From Deltaproteobacteria bacterium (GTDB lineage: Bacteria > Chloroflexota > Dehalococcoidia > Dehalococcoidales > BS750m-G39), in contig JAUVYB010000008.1 in the NCBI GenBank assembly GCA_030603275.1, positions 98 through 64,097 of the forward strand: a DNA stretch of 64,000 nt, given 5' to 3'. Both the position numbers and the translations under genes were made by a program. Positions 63,268 to 64,000 of this stretch are shown here, one piece after another; the first letter of the stretch is position 1, and each line of letters opens with the position of its first letter. The notes beneath the pieces are model-generated. The model saw only the letters and a list, made by a program, of their open reading frames with translations, had not been told where the DNA came from and did not search any database.

Positions 63268-64000
63268 GATTCCCTCCCCTGAGTTAAGGCTTGTTTTCGC
63301 TTACGCACCGCCGGTATCTTCAATTCCTTCCTCAAATCGGCCACCGAGCGCCGGGAGATAGCCACGCCGAATTTCTCCAGCAGCTTTGCCCTGATTGCCT
63401 CATCGGAGAGAAGCCCCTCCTCGGCCTCAAGCAGCTGCTTTAGGAGTTCCTTCTTGAACATCCTCGGCCTGGGGAAAAAGTGTTTCAGGGGAACTTCTTC
63501 ACCCCAGGGTGTACCAATGCTCTTGCCCCTTGTGGCACGGCTTACCGAGCTTGTGGCCAGCCCAATCTTTTTGGCCAGCTCCTGCTGGCTGAAGGGCAGG
63601 AGGGCCTTCAGGTTGCCGGAGTCCAGGTAAAGCGCCTGCTTATCAATGATGTTCTGCAATATCTGAGTGATTGTGTCCTTGCGGCTGTTGACTAGCTCCA
63701 GCTTATTAAATAGCTGCCTGGCTTGCTTGCTTTCGGCCTTGGTGAAAGCCCCACTTGCTTTCAACTCCTCGAACCTCTGGTAATTAATGGAGTACCGCCC
63801 CCTGGCTAACGAGGCTGAAGAGTAGCCGATAACAAAGCCCCGTTCGTCCTTATCCACCGTGGCAACTTTATAATAGTGAATCGCCTCTGAGCTGAGGGCG
63901 GAAGGGTTATAGAACTCGCTCAGGATAGAAAGCTCATCGATAAGGCTGTTGATCTTTTGAACCTCGGAAACGGCCAGCCCACATTCTGCGGCTATTCCTT
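63264..64000 (-). CDS. rpoN: RNA polymerase sigma-54 factor, C-terminal part (5' end outside window)
   Basis: The frame stays open to the window edge. HTH ELAKKIGLATSSVSRATRGKS and an RpoN-box-like ISRRSVADLRKELKIP. The stop overlaps the kinase start (ATGA). Confidence 0.8.
   Translation of the reverse strand, partial: GIAAECGLAVSEVQKINSLIDELSILSEFYNPSALSSEAIHYYKVATVDKDERGFVIGYSSASLARGRYSINYQRFEELKASGAFTKAESKQARQLFNKLELVNSRKDTITQILQNIIDKQALYLDSGNLKALLPFSQQELAKKIGLATSSVSRATRGKSIGTPWGEEVPLKHFFPRPRMFKKELLKQLLEAEEGLLSDEAIRAKLLEKFGVAISRRSVADLRKELKIPAVRKRKQALTQGRES

Overview
GC-rich bacterial chromosomal segment with about 55 protein genes and one tRNA-Ala(GGC). Gene content and envelope proteins suggest a Chloroflexota/Dehalococcoidia-like organism, but that is inference only. 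The backbone is housekeeping: pyrD, fur, lspA, rluD, gltX, mutM, polA, argF, der-plsY-gpsA, hrcA-grpE-dnaK-dnaJ with a CIRCE operator, rho, fsa/tal, pyrG and cbpA-hspR-clpC. Five things are not routine. (1) At the right end, a co-directional rpoN / membrane histidine kinase / NtrC-type activator block is followed by a near-consensus sigma-54 promoter. That promoter sits in front of two response regulators whose output is a conserved Cys-rich module I cannot assign to a known domain. This is my best candidate for an undescribed system. (2) A cell-envelope island at 36.7-50.3 kb holds two paralogous giant Asp-box beta-propeller/FN3-like membrane-anchored proteins, two collagen-like lipoproteins with a shared leader and different heads, and a GEVED / poly-Pro / clan-CD-peptidase-like lipoprotein. 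(3) At least three families of GC-rich hairpin repeats occupy almost every intergenic region. Near-identical direct copies bracket single genes, one copy carries a nested insertion with a duplicated 6-mer, and one 780-bp spacer is built almost entirely of repeats. (4) There are two AT-rich ORFans, one with an R-x4-H HEPN-like motif. (5) A -10 box recurs 6-7 nt upstream of start codons, suggesting leaderless mRNAs, and there are several unannotated small ORFs. All calls come from reading the sequence and ORF translations; no database search was run.
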